In this document: positions 13,880-25,651 of the stretch, one piece after another
Numbering within the stretch: position 1 is the stretch's first letter
Layout: each line of letters starts with the position of its first letter
DNA from: Octopus vulgaris
Taxonomy: Eukaryota
Assembly (NCBI GenBank): GCA_951406725.2
Contig: OX597818.1
Span: 16,802,001 to 16,866,000, forward strand
DNA: 64,000 bases
Direction of reading: 5' to 3'
Program-made: the position numbers and the translations under genes
Notes under the pieces: generated by a model
Told to the model about the DNA's origin: nothing
Database searches by the model: none
Seen by the model: the letters and a program-made list of their open reading frames with translations, nothing else

Positions 13880-14530
13880 CTTTCATTCTGTCAACATTGG
13901 TACTGGCAACCCAAAGAAAATATCAGATATGAACTATGTCAGATTCAAGTAGTTTCTGTGTTGTTAGTATTTTTGTTATTGTTGTCTTAGCTCAGTCCTC
14001 TTTTGTAAAAATATGTTGGACTATATTATCTGATTTGTCACTTCTTGTGATGGTTGAATGGGTGAATGTTTTAGTAGAGTCATTAGAATATCCAGTAGTA
14101 TACCCTGTGATATCCATTCCAGATCACTGTGCTTTGATGAGATCAATTTTGCCTTTTGTCCTTTTGGGGTCAATAAATAATGTATTATCGTATATACTTG
14201 TGGATAGATCACACATTTAGTTCAAAGTTGTCAAAGTAGGTATTTGCAGTTGATTCGCAGATAGGTCGCACTGTAATCTGGGGAGTTACATGGCTCTTTT
14301 TTAATGTAAATGTAACCAATATTTGTTCAATATTATCAAAGATTCACTTTTATTTCAAAACTTTGCTTCCAAATATTACAACATTTTTGCAGAAGTGACT
14401 TTACGAAAGTAGTCTAATTGATAAATCAACTTGACTACTGATATGTTCAGACCCCTGTGGTGTAGAGTGAATAGGTCACACTCCTGATTTTTATGGAAAT
14501 TTTTAGTAAAGAAATTGCAACTTAGCTGTG
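13880..14530 (-). pseudogene. Heavily decayed reverse-transcriptase-like remnant (possibly Penelope)
   Basis: Only faint motif traces on the minus strand (KRAM, YIDN-like). Many stops. Confidence 0.25.
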
Positions 14531-15611
14531 GGTATATACAGTAGTCTAGTACTGGTTTTGGGATGGCAGCAATTCTTTTTCTCTCCCTTCCTTTCTTCTT
14601 CATCACTTTATTATTCTTATTTTCTTTCTTTTCACCCTTTTTTCTTCACCCTTTTCCTTCTTCGTCTTCACCTTCTTCATTTACACATTCTATTTCTTTG
14701 TCATCATCTTCACCTTCTTTCCTCTTCTCTTCACTTTATATTAAATCATCTATGTCCAAACCTAGAGGGATGACCACTATCAGGATTAAAAATGCCCAGG
14801 ACCTGCCATAACTCATAATGGTATTCCTACTGCCATGACCACCCCCAAGAGGGTATAGTGTGATTTGAGGGAGATATTGCTTTATTGGTTATTTCTAGCT
14901 AGTTGGTGACGATGTAGTGGCCCCCATCAGCTGTACAGTAGGTAGTGAGTCATTTTCATAATCTATATTCAGTGATGTAATTTCTTATTATTTTCTTCAT
15001 TTAATTTTGTTTTTGTTGTTGTCCCAGTCATTAGGGTTGAAAAGCAATTCATTTGGTTGGCTGTTCTGTGCTTGATGATATATTACCATTGGTTAAACCA
15101 GGATGGGATGTGTAAAGTACTCTTGTTGGTTTGCCTGTGTAATGGGAATTAGAAATATTCAGGGTGGCTATATTTTGTTTGTTTTTAATACTTTAATTTT
15201 AAACGGGGGTGGAGTGGGATACGGACACTTTATGGATGGTAGGAGTTGCAGTCAGAGAACAGGATGCAGGTTGGGTGGGATGAGGAAATGTGTTAGTATG
15301 AATGGAATATTGGGTGTGGATGTGATACTCATGCCCGATTTATATAGAGTACTGTGTTAACTGATATTGAGAATCTAGAGCAGTGGTGGTAGTGATGGTG
15401 ATGGGAGTGGTGAAAACAGACTCCATGAAATGTTAGCTGTTCTGGAGGTGTGTATATATCATGGAAATGTTAGGTGTTGGTATTTAACATTTTCTGTCTG
15501 CTCAGCTGGTGTACTGGTTCTAAGGTAAAAGCATGTTATTTAAGGGCTTTCATGTTAGCTGGGTGACAGCAGGCAGTGCGTAGTTTGTAGTTGGTATATT
15601 TCTGTCTAAAA

Positions 15612-15868
15612 CAGGGGCTCTCAGCCATTTTTTTGCGTGTGAACCCCTTTCTTTCCCCTATTTTACTGTACTGATCTCCCATAGCCATTTGAAGTTTTTT
15701 TAAAAAAAACAACATATTTTTATAATTATATATCATTAGGAATTGTATAAAAAAATTTAACTGTTTTGTGTATTATTGAAGTATAACTGATTTACTAAAC
15801 ATAATTTTTTACAACTACATCTCATATGGACCCCCAAGGGTCATACGGGTCCCAGTTAAGAACCACTG
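15612..15868. mobile_element. hAT-type MITE (old)
   Basis: Imperfect TIRs caggggctctcagc / gttaagaaccactg. Confidence 0.5.
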
Positions 15869-16069
15869 ATCTTAGGTGTGATTTAGTGATTATTCACATA
15901 TAAGGATTTATGTAATCACTAAATATGTTCCTAGATACAAAAAAACCCCCCAAAAAACCCTTAAATAGCTACTACTAACTGAATGCACCCTATTCACTGT
16001 GGTATTGGGTAAGCTTATTGACTGAAAAACAAATTGATCAGAAATCAGATTGATTGGAAATGTATTATC

Positions 16070-16448
16070 TTTTATCTTTTACTTGTTTCAATCATTAGAC
16101 TGTGACCATGCTGAAGCACCGCCTTGAAAAATTTTTTTTTGTCAAATGAATCAACTACTGTACTTTTTTTTTAAAGTTTGGTATTTATTCTCTTGGTCTC
16201 TTTTGCCAAGCTGCTAAATTATGGGGATGTAAACACACCAACACCAGTTGTCAAGTGGTGATGGAGGAGACACACACACACACACACACATGACAGGCTT
16301 CTTTCAGTTTCCATCTACCAAATCCACTCACAAGACTTTGGTTGGCCTGAGACTATAGCAGAAGACACTTGCCAAAGGTGCCACACAGTGGGACTGAACC
16401 TAGAACCGTGTGTTTGGGAAGCATGCATCTTATCACACAGCCATGCCT
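16070..16448 (-). mobile_element. SINE family A copy
   Basis: Reverse complement of the family A body. Confidence 0.85.
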
Positions 16449-16660
16449 ATTAGTTAGCAAAAAAGTAAACCAAAAAGTATATTTATTGAAAAATATTTAT
16501 AGGAATACATATTGACCATTTTCATGTCATATTTCTATTGAAATACACTGACTTTGTTTCAGGTAAATTTGGACATAATGAAGAATTTTGTAAAATAGCT
16601 TTTACACTTTAAAGTTAGTATCTAGAACATAAATGGAGATGAAATTTTGATAGACGGTTT

Positions 16661-17059
16661 TGTGGTTGTGTGGTAAGCAGCTTGCTTACCAACCACATGG
16701 TTCCAGGTTCAGTCCCACTGTGTGGCACCTTGGGCAAGTGCCTTCTAGTATCACCTTAGGCTGACCAAATCCTTGTGAGTGGATTTGGTAGACGGAAACT
16801 GAAAGAAGCCTGTCGTATATATGTACATGTATATATATGTGTGTGTTTGTGTGTCTGTATTTGTCCCCCCCCAACATCGCTTGACAACCGATGCTGGTGT
16901 GTTTACATCCCCGTAACTTAGCAGTTTGGCAAAGAGACCATTAGAATAAGTACTAAGCTTAGAAAGAATAAGTCCTGGGGTCGATTTGTTTGACTAAAGG
17001 CGGTGCTCCAGCATGGCTGCAGTCAAATAACTGAAACAAGTAAAAGAGTGTAAAGAGTG
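16661..17059 (+). mobile_element. SINE family A copy, inserted in a TTAA-type MITE
   Basis: Colinear with 19926-20347. MITE sequence (~16510-17135) resumes on both sides. Confidence 0.88.
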
Positions 17060-18499
17060 TCTAGATCACATTAAGCAAGAACCTTATGCCATTAAACCAG
17101 ATATGGTTTCAGGCAGTTTGGTATCAAAAGGCTTGAAATTTAAAATGTCTAGATTCCAACTATTATTCTGCTTTTTCTTGGATTAATATTGTTTCTGATG
17201 AGTTTATCTTTCAAAACAACTTGTTTTGCTAAGAATGCTTTTCTACAAGTATGTCTTTTGACCTATGATCTTCAGACCAGTATATTTGTGATAAATTTGT
17301 TTTTAATGAATGTTCCTAAACCTTTCCAACAGCATTTAAAAGATTCTACTCTCACCAATGCACACAGTACCCTATACAAAGAAAAATCTCAAGACTCATG
17401 TTAGGTAGCTATTGCTAACCTACATAAAGTTGAACGTGTGAGAAACAGAATAGGAATTTTAAAAGAAGTATTTGTAAAACTAGTTTTTAAACATCAAATG
17501 GCTGTGAGGGTCCATCAAAATAATCATGGGTAAAAAAAAAAATAGTTGAGAATCACTGTTCTATAAAGTCACCCACTTGCTTAGAAATAACAGCCCCACC
17601 AACTCTTCAATGACACATGTTTGAGGTTTTGTATCAGGATGATACACATCCTGATACAAAACCTGTTGATAAATGACACACATGTACAGAAGCTTATAAT
17701 ACATCACATCCAAAAGCATGTACAACATAATACCCAATGGCAAAATGTTATAAGGAAGAAAGAAAAAAAGCTATTTAGTATTTAGGTGAGAAGAAATTAT
17801 TACTGGGGAATAGGTATTACGGAACGAGAGACTTGCCTATCATTGTGCAGATTTCACATTGAGTGATGGAAAACTTCAGCCAACTGAGATCATCCAAGCA
17901 ATTAGACAAATTTCCATCAACAGGTTTTAAATATCTAAAAGTAACAATCAAGGGGAGTGGGTAATTTCAATAAGATAAAATGATAAAAATTTTCAGACAC
18001 TATAAATGATTAAAGTGGGTTTGGTCTTGTGTCTTCTAATCACAGTACAGTCTCAGTGAGCAACATTTAATTCCCAGATTACAACCAGTTCACTTCTCTT
18101 ACACTATTAATGACCTAAACAAAATCAACGCCACACACCCATCTGCTTTAAAATCAGTATTTGGGTTGAGTGAGAGCTGCCTAGTATCCAGTGATGTCAA
18201 AACATTCTTACTGTTTCTAGTAGAGTAGTATTGTTCTGAGACATTCTATTCTAATTCTGATTCATATTTTAGTTTCATCATCATCACTTTTGTGTTTTCC
18301 CCATCATGAGTCGCAAAGGCCTCTTACTAATTTACAGTCCTTCATCATTTAGCATACATGATTAACTAACTTTGTTGTTGTATATGTCATTTTTAGCATG
18401 GTTTTTACAGCAAGACACTCTTCCAAATCACCAATCTTTTCACAACATGGACCAGGTGCATTTTATCATGCTGGGGTTTGTTTTTTAGTTGCGCTTAAA

Positions 18500-18892
18500 A
18501 CGACAGACTTTGATGTCACGTTAACAAAGTTTCGACATAGTTTCAATCTTTTTTGAAAAGTAAAAATTTTGCATTATGTAGCTTGTTATTCTCTTTAAGT
18601 GAACATTTTTCTGGTTGAAATACACCGAAAAATGGCGAAACAGCAGTAAAAAAATCGTAAAAAATAGGAATTTTCATAGAAAAAAGCACTTTTTTAATGT
18701 AAATAATTTTTAGTCTTAACATGGGTCTGATTTGAATTTTTTCTTCTATGGAATGAAGAGCAAGCCTGTTTCTATCATACTCTCAAATTTGGTCAACTTG
18801 CGCTGCAGGGTCTCAGAGGAGATAGTGTTAGTTGAAGGCTGCCAAACCTGCCATACACACACACACACAACTTCAGCTTTATATGTATAGAT
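18500..18892 (+). mobile_element. DINE-1/Helentron-like non-autonomous element fragment
   Basis: Ends with (CA)n caacttcagctttatatgtatagat, an architecture typical of DINE-like repeats. Confidence 0.4.
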
Positions 18893-18899
18893 TGGCACA

Positions 18900-19209
18900 A
18901 AATGCCTGCTAAAATAAAGAGTCCATATTACCTTGTGCCAGTTTTTAAACAGCTTCATTGATGCCGCCGCTGTGGGCTGGAAGACATCTCATGGCAGGCC
19001 TTGCACCAGATGACTGGACATGAATGGAGAAGATCTGCAGAGGCTCAACGTCACTCACATTGGAGGATGCAGAAGGGCTAGCATGGGACAGCCAGTTGCT
19101 GGAGAGCACTGGTAGACCTGATTGGCTCTCTACACATGATGACATCTCTAGGACCACTAATCTGGGATGATCTCATCCCTATCAAGCAAGAGCATGAAGC
19201 AAGCAAGCA
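18900..19209 (+). mobile_element. RTE-clade LINE 3' fragment
   Basis: Translates to WKTSHGRPCTR*LD..EDLQRL..LEDAEGLAWD..WRALV, matching the RTE ORF C-terminus pattern GRP..RW.D...DL....A..R..WR. Ends in an (AAGC)n tail. Confidence 0.7.
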
Positions 19210-19734
19210 GTTACTAAATGATTTGCTTGCTCTGCAGCTTGCTGAATCCATGTTTACTCATTTGTTCTATTGTGTGTGTGTGTGTGATACTTTAACCTCT
19301 CCACACTTGACATAAAGCCATCACCCTCTCGCCCCCCCCCCGTAATGTAGTAGGCTTTTCTTTTTGTTCTTTTTCTTTCTTTTTGTCATGCAAGTTATTC
19401 AGCAACCTCATTTGTGCTAATTGCATAAGAAAAGCATCCAGTACATGATGCAAAGTGGTTGGCTTTAGGAAGAGCATTCAGCTTTAGGAACAATGCCAAA
19501 ACTGACAAGTGAGAGTTAGCAACAAGAAAGGCATCTGGCTGTAGAAAATCCACCTCAAAGAATTCCCATTCAAGTATGGAAAGGTGGGCATTAAATGATG
19601 CTGATGATTTTGTTGTCCAAATAGGAGAAAGAGTATACAGTACATATATGTAGCAGAGTTTATAAGAAATTTTTGTATAATGAGAAAAAAAAAAGCCATG
19701 GCTGTGTAGATATTAGAACATTTATAGATAGAAG

Positions 19735-19786
19735 GTCTTACAGCTGTTTCCAGGATATTTATTAATTATATGCCTTCATCAGAGAC
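19735..19786 (-). ncRNA. Minimal type I hammerhead ribozyme motif (Penelope-like-element type)
   Basis: Minus strand reads gtct CTGATGA aggcatat..atatcctg GAAA cagctg TA agac. Stem I gtct/agac, canonical core, palindromic stem III ACAGCTGT, GUA cleavage triplet. The base of stem II is irregular. Confidence 0.72.
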
Positions 19787-19925
19787 GGTGTGAAAGGATG
19801 GTTAAGTAACAGTTAATTTAGATAGGATACAAAATAGAGAGTGAAGTGGAGGAAAGAAAATAAATGTGAGACATGTAGGGATATTGAAGATGTAGATCCA
19901 TTTTTTAGGCAGAATGGTATATATA

Positions 19926-20095
19926 GGTGCAGGAGTGGCTGTGTGGTAAATAGCTTGCTAACCAACCTCATAGTTCCAGGTTCAGTCCCACTGCGTGGCA
20001 TCTTGGGCAAGTGTCTTCTGCTATAGCCTTGGACCGACCAAAGCCTTGTGAGTGGATTTGGTAGACGGAAACTGAAAGAAGCCTGTCGTATATAT

Positions 20096-20133
<38 letters not shown>

Positions 20134-20347
20134 ATATGTTTGTGTGTCTATGTTTGTCCCTCTAGCATTGCTTGACAACTCATGCTGGTGTGTTTACGTC
20201 CCCGTCACTTAGCGGTTTGGCAAAAGAGACCGATAGAATAAGTACTGGGCTTACAAAGAATAAGCCCCGGGGTCGATTTGCTCGACTAAAGGTGGTGCTC
20301 CAGCATGGCCGCAGTCAAATGACTGAAACAAGTAAAAGAGTAAAGAG
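19926..20347 (+). mobile_element. tRNA-derived SINE family A with internal (TA)n(TG)n tract, full length
   Basis: Head with box A/B-like motifs (tggctgtgtggta...ggttcagtccc), conserved body and (gtaaaaga)-type tail. More than 10 homologous copies in the window. Confidence 0.9.
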
Positions 20348-22634
20348 TATAGTAGAGTTTATTTATTTGTGCAGAGCTGATGATCCATTCTGTAGTCACT
20401 CAGAATCTCTGGCTTTGAGCATTCTTTCAGGCTGCAGAGAAAGAAAAAGAAAGAGAGGAAAAAAAAAAAAAAACTATATGTGACTAGGAAATTTTTATCA
20501 ATGGAGGAAATAATTGAGCTGTTTGTTAAAAATGCGGTCACCTATTCTCTCTACAATTAATGATTAATTAAATGCTTTGCGTATTAGGTTAATAGATTAA
20601 GGGATGAAGTGGGTTTGTTGAGAGAAATGAGGATTTGTGTGAACTAAGTACACAAGTTGATGAGGTAGGCATGTGTAAACACACACACACACAATTGTGT
20701 GCGTACAAACATACATACAAATATCCGTAAACATATACATGTTTGTATATGTTAATGGATATTTGTTTATATATGTGGATATGGTGAGAGAGTATATGAG
20801 TAGATGCTTCATGGGTTGCAATGTTGATGTTAGAATGGTTGCTTGATGATCGTAATTAGTATTGGTAGTAGTATTAGTGGTAATGATGTTAGCTAGGATT
20901 ATTATTATTGTGAAGGCAGTGAGGTGGCAGGATCATTACCATGCCAGAAAAATCACTTAGTGGCATATTCTTCTGAGTTCAAATACTACCAGGGCCGATT
21001 TTGCCTTTCAACCTTTCAGGGGTCAATAAAATAAGTTCCGGTACTGGTGTCAATGAAATTGACTAGTCCCCTCCCCCCACCAAATTCCAGGCCTTGTGCC
21101 TATAGTAGAAAGGATTATGATGGTGGGACTAGTAGTAGTTGTAATTATTGCTGTTGTGGTAGTGGGAGTGATCCTGACTGCCATGTCTCTTGTAATGGTA
21201 GTAGTAGTAGTAGACGCAGCAGCAGTACTTAGTAGTAGTAATAATGGTGTAGTGATGGTGTTGATAGTGGTATTGTTAGAAATACTTTGAGTTGTCTTAT
21301 TACCTACTACTGCTGCCACCACCACTCTACTTTTTCCTCCTCTTCCTCCACCCCTCAGTGGTGCTTAAATTAGACTTATAGCCTACTCTTGATTGTTGTG
21401 TAACTACTGAAACCATTGAGAAATCAATCAGCCAATCGCTCGTGTCAACCAGTTCACACCACCTCTCACTCCCACTCCAGTCACAACACTCTCTTATCTT
21501 GCTAACACCACTCACGTGCTTTCTCTCACGCCTCATCCCCTTCACACCAAGTAACCCCGTGATTTGAGAGGTTTGTTAGGAATGTGGTCACATATTTTAA
21601 TACTGAGTTAATTAATTTGATTAATTAATTGTGCATGTGTAAGTGTGCGCGCGTGTGTGTGTGTGTGCATACGTGTACTGGGTACATTTGTGTTCGAGGT
21701 AAGTATCAATAATTTTAGAATCAGTTTTCTACTGAAATTGATTGCCAATATGATTGATCTTCATCATTAGTGGGTGAGTGAATGGGTGGTTGGAAGAATT
21801 GGTAGTGTTGGGGGCGAAATATGTTATGATGTTTTTTAGACACACCTCTTTACATTCTGAGTTCAGATTCCACCAAGCAGTTCATCTTCATCCTTCCAGG
21901 GTCAGTATAATAAGCACCAGTTAAGTACAGTGGTAAATTTAAATGACTATATCTAGTTTAAAGATGTGAATTTACACTAATAATAATAATAATAATAATT
22001 ACAATCATTACCAATATATTTTTACATTAGCTTTCCCATTGGCATGGGTTGGTTGAAATGTTTTGAGTTTCTATTCTATGGCTGGATACCCTTCCTGATG
22101 CCAACTTTTATTTTCCAATTAAGTTTACCCCCGTCCCTTTTTAAAAAAAATAAATTGTAAGTCAAATCACAGCTGAATGTTCCATTCCTGGGAGAGTTAA
22201 ATATTGTCACTACTTGCAAAACTCGGTTATTTCACTTGTTTCCTACCCTTAAATTTGCTTGTTGGGGGTGTTTGTCTCCCCTTCGTAAATATATAAGGAC
22301 ACAGGAAATGTGTCAAGGCCGACAGGAAGCATCGATGCTTCCTAGAGCTAAACGGCGGTGGTGTAATTCCGTTACGGGACTGTCATGTTAAGTTGACAGT
22401 ATACAACCACTCAATCGCTCCACCACCGCACATATCTCTCTGAGATATTTAGAAATTTAATTATTGACACTAGAGTAGCAGAACTGAGACAGTGCTCAAC
22501 TAAATATTTTGTGACATTTAGCTATATTAACAACAAAGCTGTTTTGTTTACTTGGCAACAGAAAAGGCATCTGGCCATAGAGAATCTTCTCAAATCTATC
22601 AGACCCATGCAAGCATGGAATAATAGACTTTAAA

Positions 22635-22855
22635 CCCTTTAGCATTTAAACTGGTCATATCTGGCCCAAATATTCCCCCCTGCTTTTGTGTTCAAACCAG
22701 TCAGATCCAGCGTGTAGCACCTATCTTATAATGTCAATCTGAAAATAACAACCACATCATAAAAATCTCAAAACTACCAGAAAATTCATGGTTAATTAAA
22801 AACAGTGTGATTAAAAAGGCATTACATTTGATAAAACAATCTGAATACTAAAGGG
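22635..22855 (+). mobile_element. piggyBac-type MITE copy
   Basis: Colinear with 52345-52563 and ends aaagggTTAA. Confidence 0.8.
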
Positions 22856-22980
22856 TTAAAACAATGATGATGGTTTAGTTATGTTCGATTATGTTTTCAG
22901 TTTAGCTCTTTTGATGCCAGCCCATCTGAGACTACCCTGGGTTCTATGTTATAAAATTTCTGTTCTACATTGATCTATGT

Positions 22981-23149
22981 CAGTGCTCTGCAACCTTTTT
23001 CAACTTGTGGTACACTTATATTGTTTTCAAAATTCGGCAGCACATCTGATCAAAAAATGTAACTAGAAGTACAGGGGAAAAAAATTATTTTCAGGTTACA
23101 CTGCAGCACACCTAGCATCATCTTGTGGAACACCGGTAGCAGAGCACTG
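22981..23149. mobile_element. hAT-type MITE
   Basis: TIRs cagtgctctgcaacc / ggtagcagagcactg and a degenerate 8-bp TSD atctatgt / atctgtat. Confidence 0.7.
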
Positions 23150-23427
23150 ATCTGTATTAAAAAAATCTACATGTACATATATACACAGACACATAAGGTG
23201 GTTAGCTGGCAGAATTGCTAGCATACTGGGCAAAACGCTGAGCAGCATTTTGTCTTTCTTTGTGTTCTGAGCTCAAATTCCAATGAGGTTAATTAATTAA
23301 CTTAGCCTTCCATCTTTTTGGGATCAATAAAATATGATGTAATCGACTTTCCCCCTCCTCTGAAATTGCTGCTTGTGCCAAAATTTGAAACCTATATATA
23401 TATATATATATATATAGGTTTCAAATT

Positions 23428-23464
<37 letters not shown>

Positions 23465-25348
23465 GTATACACTTTTTGGACCTATTTCCCAATATATCCC
23501 TTTTTAAATCTACAGTTGTCTTCCCCACCTCTGATACCCTTTTTATCTCTATCAGTTATGTCACTCACCATCTCTTCTTTTTATTTGCAATGGTGCTTGT
23601 GTAATTAAGGATGGTATTCAACCTGTCTAATCATCTAATCTCATCTCTCATCTAGGCAGTTACCATACCACCTGAGTACCACGGGATAGTATTGTTAAAC
23701 CTGCTCATTTTCAATTTTCCTACCCATCACTCTTCCTACCACTCTTTATATGTATCTGATGCACCCTAGTCATCAGTCTGTCTTCCTTCAGCCACTTGCT
23801 ATTGACAGCCATCACTCACTCTTACTATTGTCCACCTCTATTACTATTTGTCAGTTTTTCTCCCCATTTGCCATTCTTTTACACCAATCATTGTTTCTAC
23901 CAGCATACTCTTAATCCTTCCACCCACCCATTATGGTTCATTAGTCATCACCCTCTTTTCTACTCACCTTCTCAGTCATAGTGTTTTGAGTGAACAAATA
24001 CATCATAGAGTAGTAAGGATATGTTTGTTTTACAAGTTAAGAGATAATCTCTTTAGTGCTGGTGCGAAAATAAAACGAACTCGGTACACTCTGTGAAGTA
24101 ATTGCTGAATGAATGAGACTTGCCAAAGGTATGACAACCTTTCTTGCAGTAGTGATAGGAAGAGCATCCAACTTTAAAATCCAAACCAAAAATGAAATGG
24201 AGGAGTAACTTCAAATAAGAACTGATTCAAATCTGAACACCCATCCTACTCATCCCAGCATGGAAAGCTGACATAAAATGATGATGATGTTGATAGTTGA
24301 CATCTGTAACCCTTTAGTATTTAAAACAGCCATATCCATTCAAAATATTCCACCTGTTTTATGTTCTCTGGCATCTTACACCTAGCTTACTATGCCATTC
24401 TAAAAAATTAATAATCACATCATCAATATCTCAAATATGTGAGGTAATGCAGGATTAATTCAAAACAATGTGAATAAATAAGCATTATATTTGACAGAGT
24501 AATTTGAATGCTAAAGAGTTAAAGTTGCTCAAGACAGATTGTTATTCTTATATTTGTGAAATGAACTTCCATAGATCTTCTTCCTTGTTTGTAGATTTCA
24601 GATGGAGTAGAACCAGCAAACCAGCCCAAGTGCTTTGTTGTCAGCTGGCAGAATGCAATCTCCAGTTCTTTGAGAGTCAGAGATGCTGACAGCCTCTGTT
24701 GTGTGGGGAACATGGGAAGATCATAGCAGTCATCATAGGTAGTTAGTGGTCTGTGCAAAAGAGAATAGAATGCTAGCCTATTGGTTAGGATGTTGGATGC
24801 ATGGTCTTGTGGTTGTGGGGTTGACTCCTGAACTGGGCAAAGTACTTCATTTTATACTGGTTCAGTCAACTCAGCCGAAAATGAAAACCATCCACCTCTT
24901 CCTTTATACCAGATGTTTCAATGAGTCAAAGGTTGAAGGGCTGAGAGGATATTTTTATCTGCTTGCAACTACATAGGCATCTAAAACAATTGGTGAAAAC
25001 ATAGCACCTGCTACTAAGTCATACTTACAAGTGACAGGTTTTCTTTACATTCACGCATGCACACATGTACACACAAACACACTTATATTAGCACAAACAA
25101 AAAATAATTATTATTTTCTTTTTTTGGTGAAGAACTGAGCTCATACAACTTTATACTTCCCATTAACATCTACTTACTTTATATAATCAGTTATAACCCC
25201 AATATTATTTTGCTGCGAGACTAAATATGATTAATGCATAATTAGCATTTAAACCTTTTATATACTAAATAGTAATCAAAATGTACAGTGTTATATTCAG
25301 TTTTAATCCTGTTAACTTATACATTACTATTTCCATTTACTTTTCCAG

Positions 25349-25651
25349 ATTCTACAGACAGCAATACATTGTTTGCGGAAGCAAATGGTATGATTATGAT
25401 ACCATGCAGTGAAACGTCTGAAAAGGTTGCAGCGGTCAAGTGGTACATAAATGACCAGCTCCTCATCGGCCATGACCTCAGTCCAAAACCCAGTGCAGTG
25501 AATGGCGATAAAGCGGGAGTGTCAGTGGGTGAAGACTATAGTCTTACACTGACGGACCTTAGTTTGAATGACACTGGAAATTACACTTGTAGGCTTGTCA
25601 GTACCAATGGGGATTCCATCAGCAATGTAACCCGTGAAGTCGTCATTCAAG
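25349..25651 (+). CDS. Internal exon encoding one immunoglobulin (V-set-like) domain of an IgSF protein
   Basis: Pyrimidine tract and acceptor ttttccAG (25347-48), donor GTGAGT (25652), 303 nt, phase 1-1 as is typical for Ig exons. Translation DSTDSNTLFAEANGMIMIPC...VKWY...YSLTLTDLSLNDTGNYTCRLV...EVVIQG has the B-strand Cys, C-strand Trp and DxGxYxC motif, plus N-glycosylation sequons NDT, NYT, NVT. Confidence 0.92.

Noticed and set aside
19926-20000. tRNA gene
   Set aside because: It is the tRNA-derived head of a SINE, continuing into the SINE body, with no complete cloverleaf.
19813-20483. Recurrent ORFs such as LLSVSVYQIHSQG and WLRVQSHCVAPWASVFYYS
   Set aside because: They are translations of SINE family A copies, not a gene family.
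22318-22365. HDV-like ribozyme (hairpin followed by GCTAA)
   Set aside because: No upstream P2 partner or P1/P3 pseudoknot could be fitted.
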